Part shown: one piece after another, positions 33,540 through 43,795 of the stretch
Layout of the letters: each line of letters begins with the position of its first letter
How positions within the stretch are numbered: the stretch's first letter is position 1
NCBI GenBank assembly: GCA_963789955.1
Contig: CAWBMV010000037.1
Span: 224,001 to 288,000 of the forward strand
DNA: 64,000 nucleotides
Direction: 5' to 3'
Origin: an uncultured Candidatus Rokubacteria bacterium
Lineage (GTDB): Bacteria > Methylomirabilota > Methylomirabilia > Rokubacteriales > CSP1-6
Position numbers and translations under genes: made by a program
Notes under the pieces: model-generated
The model's input: only the letters and a program-made list of their open reading frames with translations
Databases searched by the model: none
Told to the model about the DNA's origin: nothing

Positions 33540-34367
33540 TTAGCCCCGGCGGGCTATCGGCGGGTCGACCCGCCAGGTGAGCCGCACGACGGGCCGCCGC
33601 GTCGTTTCGTTCTTGTCGACGACGACGCCGCACCCGAACACCGACGCGAGGAGCGCTTCGTCGAGCACCGCCTCGGGCGAGCCGATCGCCACCGGGCGGC
33701 CGCCGTTCAGCAGGAGGAGGCGGTCACACACCTCGGCGGCCAGATTGAGATCGTGCGACACGAGCAAGATCGTCATGCCGCGCTCGCGGTTCAGGCGCCG
33801 CAAGAGCGCGGCGGCCTCGACCTGATAGCGCAGATCGAGATGCGCCGTGGGCTCGTCGAGGACCAGCAAGCGCGGCTCCTGGGCGAGCGCGCGCGCGATC
33901 ACCGCGCGCTGACGCTCGCCGCCGCTCAGGTGCTCGAGCGGCATGTCCGCGAGCTCGAGCACGCCGGTGGCCGCCATCGCCTCGTGCGCGACCGCGCGAT
34001 CGCGCGGGCTCTCGAAGTAGCGGCCGGGATCGTGCGGGTAGCGGCCCATCAACGCGAGCTCGCCGACCGTGAACGGAAACTGCGGCAGGAGTCCCTGGGG
34101 CACGACCGCGACCCGGCGCGCCAGATCCGTCCGCGACAGTCGTCCGACCGGCACGCCCTCGAGACGGATCTCGCCGGCCGCGGGCTCGAGCACGCGCGTG
34201 AGCAGACGGATCAACGTCGTCTTCCCCGAGCTGTTCGGCCCGATCACGCCGATGATCTCGCCGGCCGAAATCTCCAGGGAGAGATCGGACAGGGCAAACG
34301 GACGCGTTCTCCGCTCGGCCGATGCGGGATACGCGAAGCTCACGTTGCGGAACTCTACGAGCGTCAT
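33540..34367 (-). CDS. Cobalamin/iron-chelate ABC ATPase (BtuD/FepC-like)
   Basis: GPNSSGKTT, LSGGERQR, LDEPTAHLD and SHDLNLA motifs. Confidence 0.9.
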   Translation of the reverse strand: MTLVEFRNVSFAYPASAERRTRPFALSDLSLEISAGEIIGVIGPNSSGKTTLIRLLTRVLEPAAGEIRLEGVPVGRLSRTDLARRVAVVPQGLLPQFPFTVGELALMGRYPHDPGRYFESPRDRAVAHEAMAATGVLELADMPLEHLSGGERQRAVIARALAQEPRLLVLDEPTAHLDLRYQVEAAALLRRLNRERGMTILLVSHDLNLAAEVCDRLLLLNGGRPVAIGSPEAVLDEALLASVFGCGVVVDKNETTRRPVVRLTWRVDPPIARRG

Positions 34368-34380
34368 TCGGACTCGGGGC

Positions 34381-34558
34381 TGGAGTCGCGGGCGCGGGGC
34401 GCCGGGTCGAGGGAGGGGTCGTTCGACCACGCGGCACGCGCTCGCTGCTCCGCGGCGGCTGGGCTCCATCCCGGCGCACGTCCTCCGTCGCTCCGTTGCG
34501 GGGAACGGGTCTCATCGACCCCTCCCTCGACCCCGGCGCCCCGCGCCCGCGCACTCCA
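34381..34558. repeat. ~41-bp near-perfect inverted repeat (REP/MITE-like palindromic element)
   Basis: 34381-34421 TGGAGTCGCGGGCGCGGGGCGCCGGGTCGAGGGAGGGGTCG pairs with 34516-34558 with two single-base indels. Confidence 0.8.
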
Positions 34559-34646
34559 CTCCAAGTCGACGCGGTCGACGAGTCCGAGGACGTCTGGATC
34601 ACCATCGCAGTCGGCGAGGTTCGCGAGCTCAGGCCGGGCGTGGGCA

Positions 34647-35664
34647 TCAGAGGTTGGCGCGGTAGCGGGTGCGGAGGAGATAGATGAAGAACGGGGCGCC
34701 GCAGAAGGCGGTGATGACGCCGACCGAGAGCTCGGCGGGGGCGACGATGCTGCGCGCCAGGGTGTCGGCGAGCAGCAGGAAGATGCCGCCGCCGACGAGC
34801 GCGGCCGGAACGAGCAACCGGTTGTCCGAGCCCAGGAGGATCCGGAGCATGTGCGGCACGATGAGGCCGACGAAGCCGATGGGGCCGACGAACGCGACGA
34901 CGCTCGCGGTGAGAAGTGCCGCGCCGAGAAAGATCGTCAGCTTCAGCCGGTCCGCGGCGACGCCGAGCTGGAGCAGCGCCTCCTCGCCGAGCGCCATCAG
35001 GTTCAGCTCGCGCGCGTGGGTCACGACGAGCGCGAAGCCGAGGGCCGACAAGACCGCGAACAGGCCCAGCGCGCCGGGCGGAATCGGCGCGAGATTGCCG
35101 AGGAGCCAGTGGACGACGCCGCCCAGGCGGTTGAAGTCGAGCAGTGAGATCACGACCGTGATCGCCGCCGAGAAGAAGATGCCGACGATGACTCCGGCCA
35201 GCAGCAACGTCTGGATCGACAGCCCGGCGCCGACCGCCGCGATGAGATACACGGCGCCGGCGGCGACGAGGGCTCCGGCGAACGCGAACGCGGTCAGGCC
35301 CACCGCCGCGCGAAGGGTCAGGCCGAGGCCGAAGCTCTGCCCGATCACGACCCCGAACGCGGCCCCGGCCGAGATGCCGAGCACCGAGGGCTCGGCGAGC
35401 GGGTTTCGCGTGAGCGCCTGGAACGCGACACCCGCGACCGCGAGCGCGCCGCCCGCGAGCAGCGCGGCGGCGATCCGGGGCAGGCGGATCGACAACGTCA
35501 CGACGCGCTCGACGGACTCCGGCGCGGCGCGGCCCGCGACCGCCGACACGACCGCGCTCGGCGAGAGCTGCGCGCTTCCAAGAAAGAGCGCGCCGGCCGC
35601 GACGAGGACCAGCACACGCCGACAAGACGCTCAGCACCAGGACCAGCCGCCGCGTCGGGTTCAC
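34647..35664 (-). CDS. Cobalamin/iron-chelate ABC permease (BtuC/FecCD), frameshift near the start
   Basis: IRLPRI, FQALTRNPLAEPSVLGISAGA, GPIGFVGLIVPH and GAPFFIYLL motifs. Confidence 0.92.
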
Positions 35665-36551
35665 CGAAACGCCTCCGGATGGATCGCGCGCGCCAGCTGC
35701 TCGAGACCGTCCACGAGGCGCGGCCCGTAGCGATGCATCAGGTCTCCGCTGACGGACAGAAGCCGCCCGGATTTGACGGCGGGAAGCGAGGCGAGGCGCT
35801 GCCACTTCTCGATCGAGACCGCGCCGGTACCGGCACCGTGGTTGGCCAGCAGGATGACCTCGGGGCTCTTGGCGACCGCGGCCTCCAGGCTGTAGCGCGG
35901 CCAGGCGTCGGCGTCGTCGGCCGTGAGCGATTGCCCGCCGGCGAGCTGGATCAGCTCGGTCACGAGCGCCTCGCGGCCCGGCACGATGAGCGGATCCGGC
36001 CACAGCACGTAGAGCACGCGGGGGCGCCCGAACGGCGCGACGGCCGTCTTCACCGCCTCGATCCGCTGCTCCAGGCGCGCCACGACCGGCCCGGCCGCCG
36101 TTTCGCGGCCGGTCAGCACACCCAGCCGTCGCATGAGCGACAGCGCATCCGCGACGTGATGGGCGGCGACGAGGTACACGGGCACTCCGACGCGCGAGAG
36201 CTGCGTGAACGTGTCCTCGCGCGTGCCCTCGGTCGTGGCGATCACCAGATCGGGACGCAGCGCGACGATCGCCTCGAGGCTCGGCGCGACCATCCCGCCG
36301 ACCTTCGGCTGGCGGCGCGCTTGCGGCGGAAAGTCGCAGAAGTCGGTCACGCCGACCAGCAAGTACTCCGCGTTGAGCGCATAGAGAATCTCCGTGACGC
36401 TCGGAACGAGCGACACGATGCGCTTGGGCGGTGCCGCGAGCGTGACGTCACGACCGAGCATGTCGCGCGTGGTGAACGCCGCGGCGGACGCGACCGTGAG
36501 GAACGTGACCGCGATGATCGCGGCGACGACCGTGACGCGCCGCCTCGTCAC
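35661..36551 (-). CDS. btuF: Periplasmic cobalamin-binding protein (BtuF-like)
   Basis: RIVSLVPSVTEILYAL, VGVTDFCDFP, EAIVALRPDLV and RYGPRLVDG motifs. Confidence 0.88.
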   Translation of the reverse strand: MTRRRVTVVAAIIAVTFLTVASAAAFTTRDMLGRDVTLAAPPKRIVSLVPSVTEILYALNAEYLLVGVTDFCDFPPQARRQPKVGGMVAPSLEAIVALRPDLVIATTEGTREDTFTQLSRVGVPVYLVAAHHVADALSLMRRLGVLTGRETAAGPVVARLEQRIEAVKTAVAPFGRPRVLYVLWPDPLIVPGREALVTELIQLAGGQSLTADDADAWPRYSLEAAVAKSPEVILLANHGAGTGAVSIEKWQRLASLPAVKSGRLLSVSGDLMHRYGPRLVDGLEQLARAIHPEAFR

Positions 36552-37615
36552 GGCCGCTCCTCGGGCGCCGATCGGCTCACTCCGGCGGTCTTGAAGGTCG
36601 CCATCTCGCTCCAGACGAGCGCGGCCGCCCGAGCCAGATGGATGAACAGCGCGGCGCCCGTCCCCTCGCCGAGGCGCAGGCCGAGGTCGAGGTAGGGATC
36701 GAGCCGGAGGTGCTCGAGTGCCAGCGCGTGACCGCGCTCGGCCGAGCGATGCGAGGCGAAGAGCGCGTGGCGCGCGGCCGGCGCGAGCGTGACGGCGAGC
36801 AGCGCCGCCGCGCCGGCGATGAACCCGTCGAGCGCCACCGGAACACGGCGCGCGGCGCCCGCGAGGATCACGCCCGTGAGGCCGGCGATCTCGAAGCCAC
36901 CGACCTTTGCCAGCACGTCCAGAGCGTCCTGAGGGTCCGGGCGGTTGACCTCCAGCGCGCGGCGCACCACCGAGACCTTGCGCGCGTAGGTCGCGTCGTC
37001 CACGCCGGTGCCACGCCCGGTCACCTGCTCGGCCGAGGCGCCGGTGATCGCCGCCGTGATCACGCTCGCGCTGGTCGTGTTGCCGATACCCATCTCGCCC
37101 GTCGCCAGGAGATCCGCGCCCGCGTCCATGGCCTCGTCGGCGAGGCGCGCCCCGGTCTCGACCCCGCGGATCGCGTGCTCCGAGGTCATGGCGGGCCCGA
37201 CGGCGATGTTCGCCGTCCCCGGCCCGATCGGACACTCGACGAGGTCTGGTGAGCGGCCGAGCGGGCTCGCGACCCCGAAATTGGCGACGACGACGCGCGC
37301 TCCGGCCTGGCGCGCGAGCACGTTCACCGCGGCGCCGCCGCGCGTGAAGTTCTCGACCATCTGCGCGGTCACGATCTGCGGATAGGCGCTGACCCCCTCG
37401 GCGACGACACCATGATCCGCGGCGAACGTGAAGATCACCGGGCGCGTGACCGCGGGCGCCCGGCCGCGCAGGATCGCGAGACGCAGCGCGATCTCCTCGA
37501 GCCGGCCGAGGCTTCCCGGCGGCTTCGTCAGGCTGTCGAGGTGGTGACGAGCCGCGGCTTCGCCGTCCCGTGCCGGCGCGGCGATCGAGCCGAGAAGCCG
37601 GGAGAGGTCGCTCAC
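36548..37615 (-). CDS. cobT: Nicotinate-nucleotide--dimethylbenzimidazole phosphoribosyltransferase
   Basis: LTKPPGSLGRLE, FAADHGV, GEMGIGNTT, VGGFEI and LRLGEGTGA motifs. Confidence 0.95.
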   Translation of the reverse strand: MSDLSRLLGSIAAPARDGEAAARHHLDSLTKPPGSLGRLEEIALRLAILRGRAPAVTRPVIFTFAADHGVVAEGVSAYPQIVTAQMVENFTRGGAAVNVLARQAGARVVVANFGVASPLGRSPDLVECPIGPGTANIAVGPAMTSEHAIRGVETGARLADEAMDAGADLLATGEMGIGNTTSASVITAAITGASAEQVTGRGTGVDDATYARKVSVVRRALEVNRPDPQDALDVLAKVGGFEIAGLTGVILAGAARRVPVALDGFIAGAAALLAVTLAPAARHALFASHRSAERGHALALEHLRLDPYLDLGLRLGEGTGAALFIHLARAAALVWSEMATFKTAGVSRSAPEERP

Positions 37616-38145
37616 GCTAGCGCGCCCGGTCCCTTCACGGTGAGCGGAATGCCGGCGACCATGAGCACGACGGTCTCGCACGCGGCGGCGACTCGCTGAT
37701 TCACGTGGCCCAGCAGGTCGCGAAACCGCAGGCCCGCCGCGGTCTCCGGGTGCACGCCTTCACCGACCTCGTTCGACACCAGGGTGATGCTCGAGCGACC
37801 GCCGCGGATCGCGCCGGCGAGCGCGTCGCCATTTTCCAGAATCGTGTCGTCGCGGTCGCCGCGGAGCAGCAGGTTCGAGACCCACAAGGTGAGGCAGTCG
37901 ACGATGATGCCGTCGCAGGTGCCGTCGAGGCCGCGCAGCCGCGACACCAGATCGAAGGGCTCCTCGACGGTCGTCCAAGGCGACGGGCGATCGGCGCGAT
38001 GGCGGGCGATGCGCTTGGCCATGTCCTCGTCGCGCGCCTCGGCGGTGGCGACGAAGACAATCCGGGTGTCGGCCGAGAACCGTTCGCTCGCGAAGCGGCT
38101 CTTGCCGCTGCGCGCGCCTCCGATGATGAAGAGCGATGCCGCCAT
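37612..38145 (-). CDS. cobU: Adenosylcobinamide kinase/guanylyltransferase
   Basis: GGARSGKS, RIARHRADR, VDCLTLWVSN, VSNEVG and FRDLLG motifs. Confidence 0.95.
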   Translation of the reverse strand: MAASLFIIGGARSGKSRFASERFSADTRIVFVATAEARDEDMAKRIARHRADRPSPWTTVEEPFDLVSRLRGLDGTCDGIIVDCLTLWVSNLLLRGDRDDTILENGDALAGAIRGGRSSITLVSNEVGEGVHPETAAGLRFRDLLGHVNQRVAAACETVVLMVAGIPLTVKGPGALA

Positions 38146-38187
38146 CTGCCCGGGTCCTCCCTCGAAGACCGGTGAACGGATCGCGCC

Positions 38188-38333
38188 CGGGCAGGTCTCC
38201 TGGCTCTCGGATCGTCCTACTCCCCGCGCCTTCCCGGCCTGACCGGCCAGTGGCACTCGCGGGTTTCGTCCCCGATTACAGTGACGGGGTCGCGGCGGCT
38301 TCTACCGCCTTCCCTGGGCCCTCGTGGGCATCC
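38188..38333 (-). ncRNA. Cobalamin riboswitch upstream of cobU
   Basis: Minus strand AGGGAAGGCGGT...CCGCCGCGACCCCGTCACTGTAA...GCCACTG...GGGAAGG...GAGCCAGGAGACCTGCC. Confidence 0.93.
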
Positions 38334-38465
38334 GCGGGCGCGAACAACGCGGGGAACCGTAGCAGAACGACCGGTCGACCGCAACACGTGCCACCATGCC
38401 GACGACCGCCTTCCGCCCCGAAACTTGACATTGCGCAGGCCGGGTGGGGAAATTGGGCAGCCCAG

Positions 38466-39060
38466 GTGAAGAATCCGAAGAATCTGAAGAATTCGCTGCC
38501 CGCGAGCGTCGCTGACGACAGGGCAGGCCGCCTCGCACTGTCAGGTCTCGACGCCTACCCTGAAGACCTGGATCCGGGAGGGGCGACTGCGCGCCTTCAA
38601 GACCCCCGGCGGCCACGCGCGGATCGCGGTCGCGGAGTTCCAGCGGTTCCTCAAGCGGCACCGGATGCCGACGTACCCGGTCCCGCCGCCGCCCACGGGC
38701 GTCCTCGTCGTCGACGACGAGCCTCAGGTCGTGGAGATGCTCGTGGAGTTCCTCACGCACCATCCGCGGGGCTTCAAGATCGAGACGGCCAGCGACGGCT
38801 ACGAGGCGCTGATCAAGCTGGGCTCGCTCCGGCCGGCGCTTCTGATTCTCGACGCGATGATGCCCAAGCTGGACGGGATCGAAGTCTGTCGCCACCTGAA
38901 GAGCAACCCGGAGACGCAGGCCATCCGGATCCTCGGCGTCACGGGCTACCCGGAGGTCGCGCCGGCGCTCCTGGCGGCGGGCGCCGATCTGGTGCTCACC
39001 AAGCCTCTGGCACTCGACGAGGTCGAGAGCTATCTGAGCGGAATCGTCGAAGATCGATGA
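38466..39060 (+). CDS. Excisionase-like HTH (HTH_17) fused to a receiver domain; start uncertain
   Basis: In frame upstream of the annotated 38665 ATG: LTTGQAASHCQVSTPTLKTWIREGRLRAFKTPGGHARI, then VLVVDDEP...LILD...KP. Confidence 0.85.
38468..38494 (+). repeat. 9-bp tandem repeat x3
   Basis: GAAGAATCC GAAGAATCT GAAGAATTC. Confidence 0.6.
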
Positions 39061-39443
39061 CGGGCCCGGCTCGGGGCGCGTCGATTCTGATCGTGGACGA
39101 CGAGCCGGAGGTGGCGTCGCTCCTGGCCGAGATCCTCGAGGACGACGCCCACCGGGTCGAGACGGCGTACAACGGTCTGGCGGAGCTCGACAAGCTCCGC
39201 GACGGGACGTACGACCTCATCATCAGCGACCTGCGCATGCCCCATCTCGACGGCCCCGGGCTCTACCGCGAGGTCGCGCGGCACCATCCGCAGATGATCC
39301 GCCGCATGATCTTCGTCACCGGCGACACCCTGGGGCCGGAGAGCGCCGAGTTCCTGCGCCGAAGCGCCGCGCCGAGGTTCGGGAAGCCCTTCGAGCCTGA
39401 CGACGTCCGGCGCGTCATCGATCAAGTCCTGCGCGCTCGCTGA
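39057..39443 (+). CDS. Stand-alone receiver-domain protein
   Basis: ILIVDDEP, IISDLRMP, VTGD and KPF; ATGA overlap with the upstream gene. Confidence 0.9.
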   Translation: MTGPARGASILIVDDEPEVASLLAEILEDDAHRVETAYNGLAELDKLRDGTYDLIISDLRMPHLDGPGLYREVARHHPQMIRRMIFVTGDTLGPESAEFLRRSAAPRFGKPFEPDDVRRVIDQVLRAR

Positions 39444-39469
39444 TCCGAGGGCGCGCCGGGCGGCGCGCC

Positions 39470-39925
39470 TCAGCCCGTCAGGTTGGTCTCGAGCTCGCGG
39501 ATGCGGCGCGTGAGATTCACGAGCATCTTCTGCGTCAGCTCCGGGACCTCTCGCAGGAGCTGCCAGAAATTCACGCGGCTGATCACCAGGACGCGCAGGT
39601 CCGTCTCGGCCTTCACGGTGGCCGAGCGCGGCTCGCCGTCGAGCAGGCTCATCTCGCCGAAGAACTCACCGGGCCGCAGACGATGGCGCTTGTGCATCGA
39701 GAGCGTCACCAGCGCCGTGCCGTCGATGATGATGAAGAACTCGTCGCCGGGCTCGCCCTGGCGCGTGAGGATCGTGCGCTCCGGAACCTCGACGACCTTC
39801 GCGATGTCCGCCACCGCGCGAAGCTGGCGCAGGCTGCAGGCCTCGAAGATGGGGACGCGCTCGAGGTACCTGATCTTCTCCTCACGGGCCGTCCGGAAGC
39901 CCTCGAAGTCGCCAATCAGTCTCAT
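39470..39925 (-). CDS. Cyclic nucleotide-binding domain protein
   Basis: VPIF, QGEPGDEFFII and FFGEMSLLDGEPRSATV motifs. Confidence 0.9.
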   Translation of the reverse strand: MRLIGDFEGFRTAREEKIRYLERVPIFEACSLRQLRAVADIAKVVEVPERTILTRQGEPGDEFFIIIDGTALVTLSMHKRHRLRPGEFFGEMSLLDGEPRSATVKAETDLRVLVISRVNFWQLLREVPELTQKMLVNLTRRIRELETNLTG

Positions 39926-40716
39926 TGCGGCTTCGTCTCCTTCGTCGCATAGCTGACCGACAGCCCCGCGCCGGCGTCCGACTGGATGCCGTAGGGCGGC
40001 ACCGGATAGCGCAGGCCGTTCCGGTCGAGCGCCGCCAGGCCTTCGAGCGCCTTCGGCAGAAAGCTCGGCGGAATCGCCATCAAGAGCTCGTCGTCCGCCA
40101 CCCCACCGTAGCGTCGCTCGGCGTAGCACGGGATCGTCAGTGCCGGCTCTCCGGTTTTCAGCGCCTTGCCCCAGGAGTCCGCGCACGCCGATTCGCCGAC
40201 CGACGTGAAGCTGAGCTTACGGTATCCCGTCCACTGAAGCCCGTTGATGAGGAAGATCATCTGGCCGGGTGTGCCGTAGACGAGGCAGATGTCCGGCGGA
40301 TCGAGCCGGCCCGAAGTGAGCGGCGCCACCGCCATCGCCTTGTAGCGCCCGTACGGCACGCAATCCATCGCGTGCTGGTGCTGGCTCGCATCCTCCACGG
40401 TCTTGAACCAGACGCCCGCCATACGCTTGCCGGAGAGCCACTCGTCGTCCTGCGGCGAGAGCCCGATGACGGCGCCGCACTGGGCGCCGATGAGATCGGC
40501 CATCGTGATGCCGACCGTCCAGCCGAGCTGGCGCGCCTGCGCAACGATCTGATCGGTCGTGTGCTTGGCGCGCGGCCGGCGGATCTTCGGGATCGCTTCC
40601 ATCGCCTCGACGGTCTCGAAGAGCTTCATGCCGATCGGAATCGAGCGCAGCCGAAGATACCGGTTCAGTCCGTCGACGATCGCGTTCCAGTCGTACGCTT
40701 GCATGACACGCTCCAC
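39922..40716 (-). CDS. DUF169-family protein
   Basis: PIGMKLF, QAR.LG, PPDICLVYGTPGQM, ESACAD and PCYAERRYG..DDEL. Confidence 0.75.
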   Translation of the reverse strand: MERVMQAYDWNAIVDGLNRYLRLRSIPIGMKLFETVEAMEAIPKIRRPRAKHTTDQIVAQARQLGWTVGITMADLIGAQCGAVIGLSPQDDEWLSGKRMAGVWFKTVEDASQHQHAMDCVPYGRYKAMAVAPLTSGRLDPPDICLVYGTPGQMIFLINGLQWTGYRKLSFTSVGESACADSWGKALKTGEPALTIPCYAERRYGGVADDELLMAIPPSFLPKALEGLAALDRNGLRYPVPPYGIQSDAGAGLSVSYATKETKPQ

Positions 40717-40783
40717 TCAGAGTTGACCAACTATAGCGCAGTGATGCGCGGCTCCGAACAACTGCCCCCGCGAACGATTCGCA

Positions 40784-41161
40784 TCAGTGTCCCCTCAGCC
40801 GCTGGATGTCGCGCCGCTGCCGCTTGGTGGGACGACCGGCGCCGGGCTCCCGCCACGGCGGCGGCGCCTGGCGCAGACGCGGCGGCTCGGGCGGCGTCAG
40901 ATCTTCGAAGAGCGCTTTCGCGATCTCGGCCGAGCCGCGCCGGTCGTCGACCGCGGCGACCTTGAGGATGCGACGGCGGCCTCGCGGCAACGTCACCCGG
41001 ACGAGATCGCCGGCGCGGACCCGACGCGCCGGCTTGGCCGCCTCGTCGTTGACGTCCACTTTGCCCCCGTCGCACGCCGCGCCGGCCAGGCTTCGCGTCT
41101 TGAACACGCGAGCGGCCCAGAGCCATTTGTCGACACGCAGCGAATCGAGCGAGGCTTGCAC
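40784..41161 (-). CDS. hslR: S4-domain ribosome-associated heat shock protein Hsp15
   Basis: RVDKWLWAARVFKTRSLA, GKVDVN and GAGRPTKRQRR motifs. Confidence 0.92.
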   Translation of the reverse strand: MQASLDSLRVDKWLWAARVFKTRSLAGAACDGGKVDVNDEAAKPARRVRAGDLVRVTLPRGRRRILKVAAVDDRRGSAEIAKALFEDLTPPEPPRLRQAPPPWREPGAGRPTKRQRRDIQRLRGH

Positions 41162-41169
41162 GCGGAGAC

Positions 41170-43795
41170 GGTACTTCCGCGATGCCCTTGCCGGAGTCGT
41201 GCACGCCGACCTCGACGTAGGGCGCGCCCGCGACCGACGTCCAGACGGTCACCTTGCGCGCCGGGGCTCCGCCGTTCGCCGCAGCCGCGATGGCGTTGGT
41301 AAGCAGGTTCAAGATCACCTGCTGGATCTGGATGATATCGCCGTAGGCGATCGGCAGGGCGGGCGCGGAGGAGAACTCGATCGTGACGGCATGCAGCAGC
41401 GCCTCGTTCGCAACGAGGCCGATCGTGTCTGCGACGAGAGCGTTGAGCGCAAGTGGCATGCTGACGACGTCGGTCTTCGTGAGTAGTCGCCGCATGCGCA
41501 GTATCACCTCGCCGGCTCGCTGGTCATCGCTGATGATGTCGGCCAGACACGCGCGCAACTCCCCGAGATCCGGCTGCGAGCGAGCCAGCAGCCGCTTCGC
41601 CGCCTGGGCGTTGATGAGCACGGCCGTCAGCGGCTGGTTCAGCTCATGCGCGAGCGATGAGGCGAGCTGGCCCATGCTGGCGACGCGGTCGAGATGGGCG
41701 ATCTGACTCAGATGGCGCCGCGCGGACGCCTCCGCCTGCCGTCGCGCCGTCACATCGAAGTGCATCACGGCCGCTCCCCCGCCGAGACGGGCCAAGCGTC
41801 GCACCCTGACTTCGAACCAGCGGTCCTCGCCGAGCCGGGAGGTCGGATATTCGACAGTGAACTCGTCCCGCTCCCCTCGAAGAACAGCTTCGATGGAGGC
41901 GTGCACTTTTCGGGCAATGTCGGGCGGCATGCCGATCGCGTTTCGGCAAGCCTCCACGTAGTTCGCGCCCACCTTCAGCGCGAATTGGGCGGCCGCTCCG
42001 CTCCGCGCCGCGGTGGCCCACGCTTCATTGGTTTGCACGATCGTGCCGGCGGAGTCGATGATCGCCGTCTCTCCCGGCAGCGCCGCGAGGACGGCGCCGG
42101 CGGTCGCGACACTGCTCTCGACCACGGCGGCGCTTCGCACGCGAATGAGCGCGGTGGAGAACGGCTCGGCCAGGGTCTGGAGCTGCTGCACGACGTGGGC
42201 GTGCCACCGGCGCTCCGCATGCAGGCTGAGGAAGACGAGGAACCCCAACAGGCGATCACCGTCGAACAACGGGATCGCGGCGAAGGACCGGACGCCCGCC
42301 GCCCGCAGACCAGCGCGCTCCGCCGACGCGTGCGGCGGAAAATCGTCGGGGCTCGAGAAGCACATGATATGGCCGGCTTCTGCGCGCTCCCGGAAGTACG
42401 GGAACGATTGCAGGTCGGCAATCACCGGGGGGGCGGGTTGGTCTTGCCGCTGCCAAACGTGCGTGAGAGACAGGACGGCGCTGTTCTCAGCGCGCTGCCA
42501 CAGACTGCCGCGATCGACACCGAGGAACATCACGACACGCTGTAGACCGTCGCGGATCCGCTCGTCGAGCTGGCCCAAGGTGGCGGTCGCACACGCCGCA
42601 ATGACCTCGCTCACGAGCGTCTCGAAGCGAAGGCCCTCGGCCAGGACCGCCTGGGCCTCGCGGCGGCGGCGACGCTGGACGAGCAGCGTGACGATGAGTG
42701 CCGCCTGCACGCAGATGAGTCCGACCACGCTCACGATATGCCAGCGGTATTCCTGCCAGAGCGGCGGCTGGCGAAAGAGAATCACGCTGCCGAGCGGCAG
42801 GCGATCCTGGCTGATATTCCACCGTCGCAGCTCCCGCCAGTCGTACCGCGGGCCCAGAGCGGGGATGATCTGGGAGGGAACTTGGAGATTGGTTCCCCGC
42901 GCAGGACCCGAATGGCGATGCGGGCCGACTCCTCGCCCTCGACTTCTGCCTGATACAAGTGGCCGCCGACGATCCCGAGACCCAGCTGGTGCTGGTAGAG
43001 GCCATTGATGGGCGCACTGGCGACCGCATGCAGACGCTGGAGCGCCTCGTCCTCGTTGTGAGTCACGCCGGCCGCATCCCGGAGAAGCAGGCCGAGGAGA
43101 ATGAAAGATCGCGGCGGCAACGTGGCCGCGAGTTCCAGCATCTGTTCGAATGTCAGGTCATTGACCCAGGTGAATTTCACGCGGTCCGTAAAAGGGGCAA
43201 AGGTCTTCTGGAACTCGATCGCCCAGTATCGTTCGAGCGGCGTCGCGCCCAGCACCACGACGATGTGGTTCGTGTCCGGCGCCAGCTCGAGAATGTCCTC
43301 CACGAGACCGGCCAGCTTGAAGTCTTCCCCGACAAAGGTGGCATTCTTGACCGACCCTGGCGGCAGCGCCCGCCGGTCCATCCCGGTGTAGATGACGGGC
43401 GTCCGCGGAAACAGACGATCACGAAACTTGTTCACGAAGCGGCCGGCCGGCGATCCGATCGGCACCACCAGATCGGGTTGCCACTTCGCGAGACGCGCGC
43501 GCAGGAACTCGACGAACGGGCCCTCCATGTCCGGCTGCGCGTAGCGCGCCATGTCCAGCGAGACTCCGTCGAGATCGACGCGGCTTCCCAGCGCCTTGGT
43601 TAGCGTGGTCTCGAACGCGGTCGAATGGGTCGTGAACGGGGGCGCCGTGCTCCCGAAGGAGTGGACGATGAGGACGCGCTTGGGCTCAGGCTCCGCCCCG
43701 GTGGAGGCACTGGCAGTGAGCGCCACGAGGAGGAGCCCGAGCGATAGCCTGCCCCAGATCGTCTCATAGCGGCAAAGGAGCCCAGACAATGACAC
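41170..43795 (-). pseudogene. Sensor histidine kinase (ABC-substrate-binding-like periplasmic domain, TM, GAF, PAS, HisKA), HATPase truncated
   Basis: ORFs 42782..43795 and 40731..42785; LAHELNQPL, QVILNLLTNA and VHDSGKGI are present, but no F/G2 boxes follow before hslR. Confidence 0.7.
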
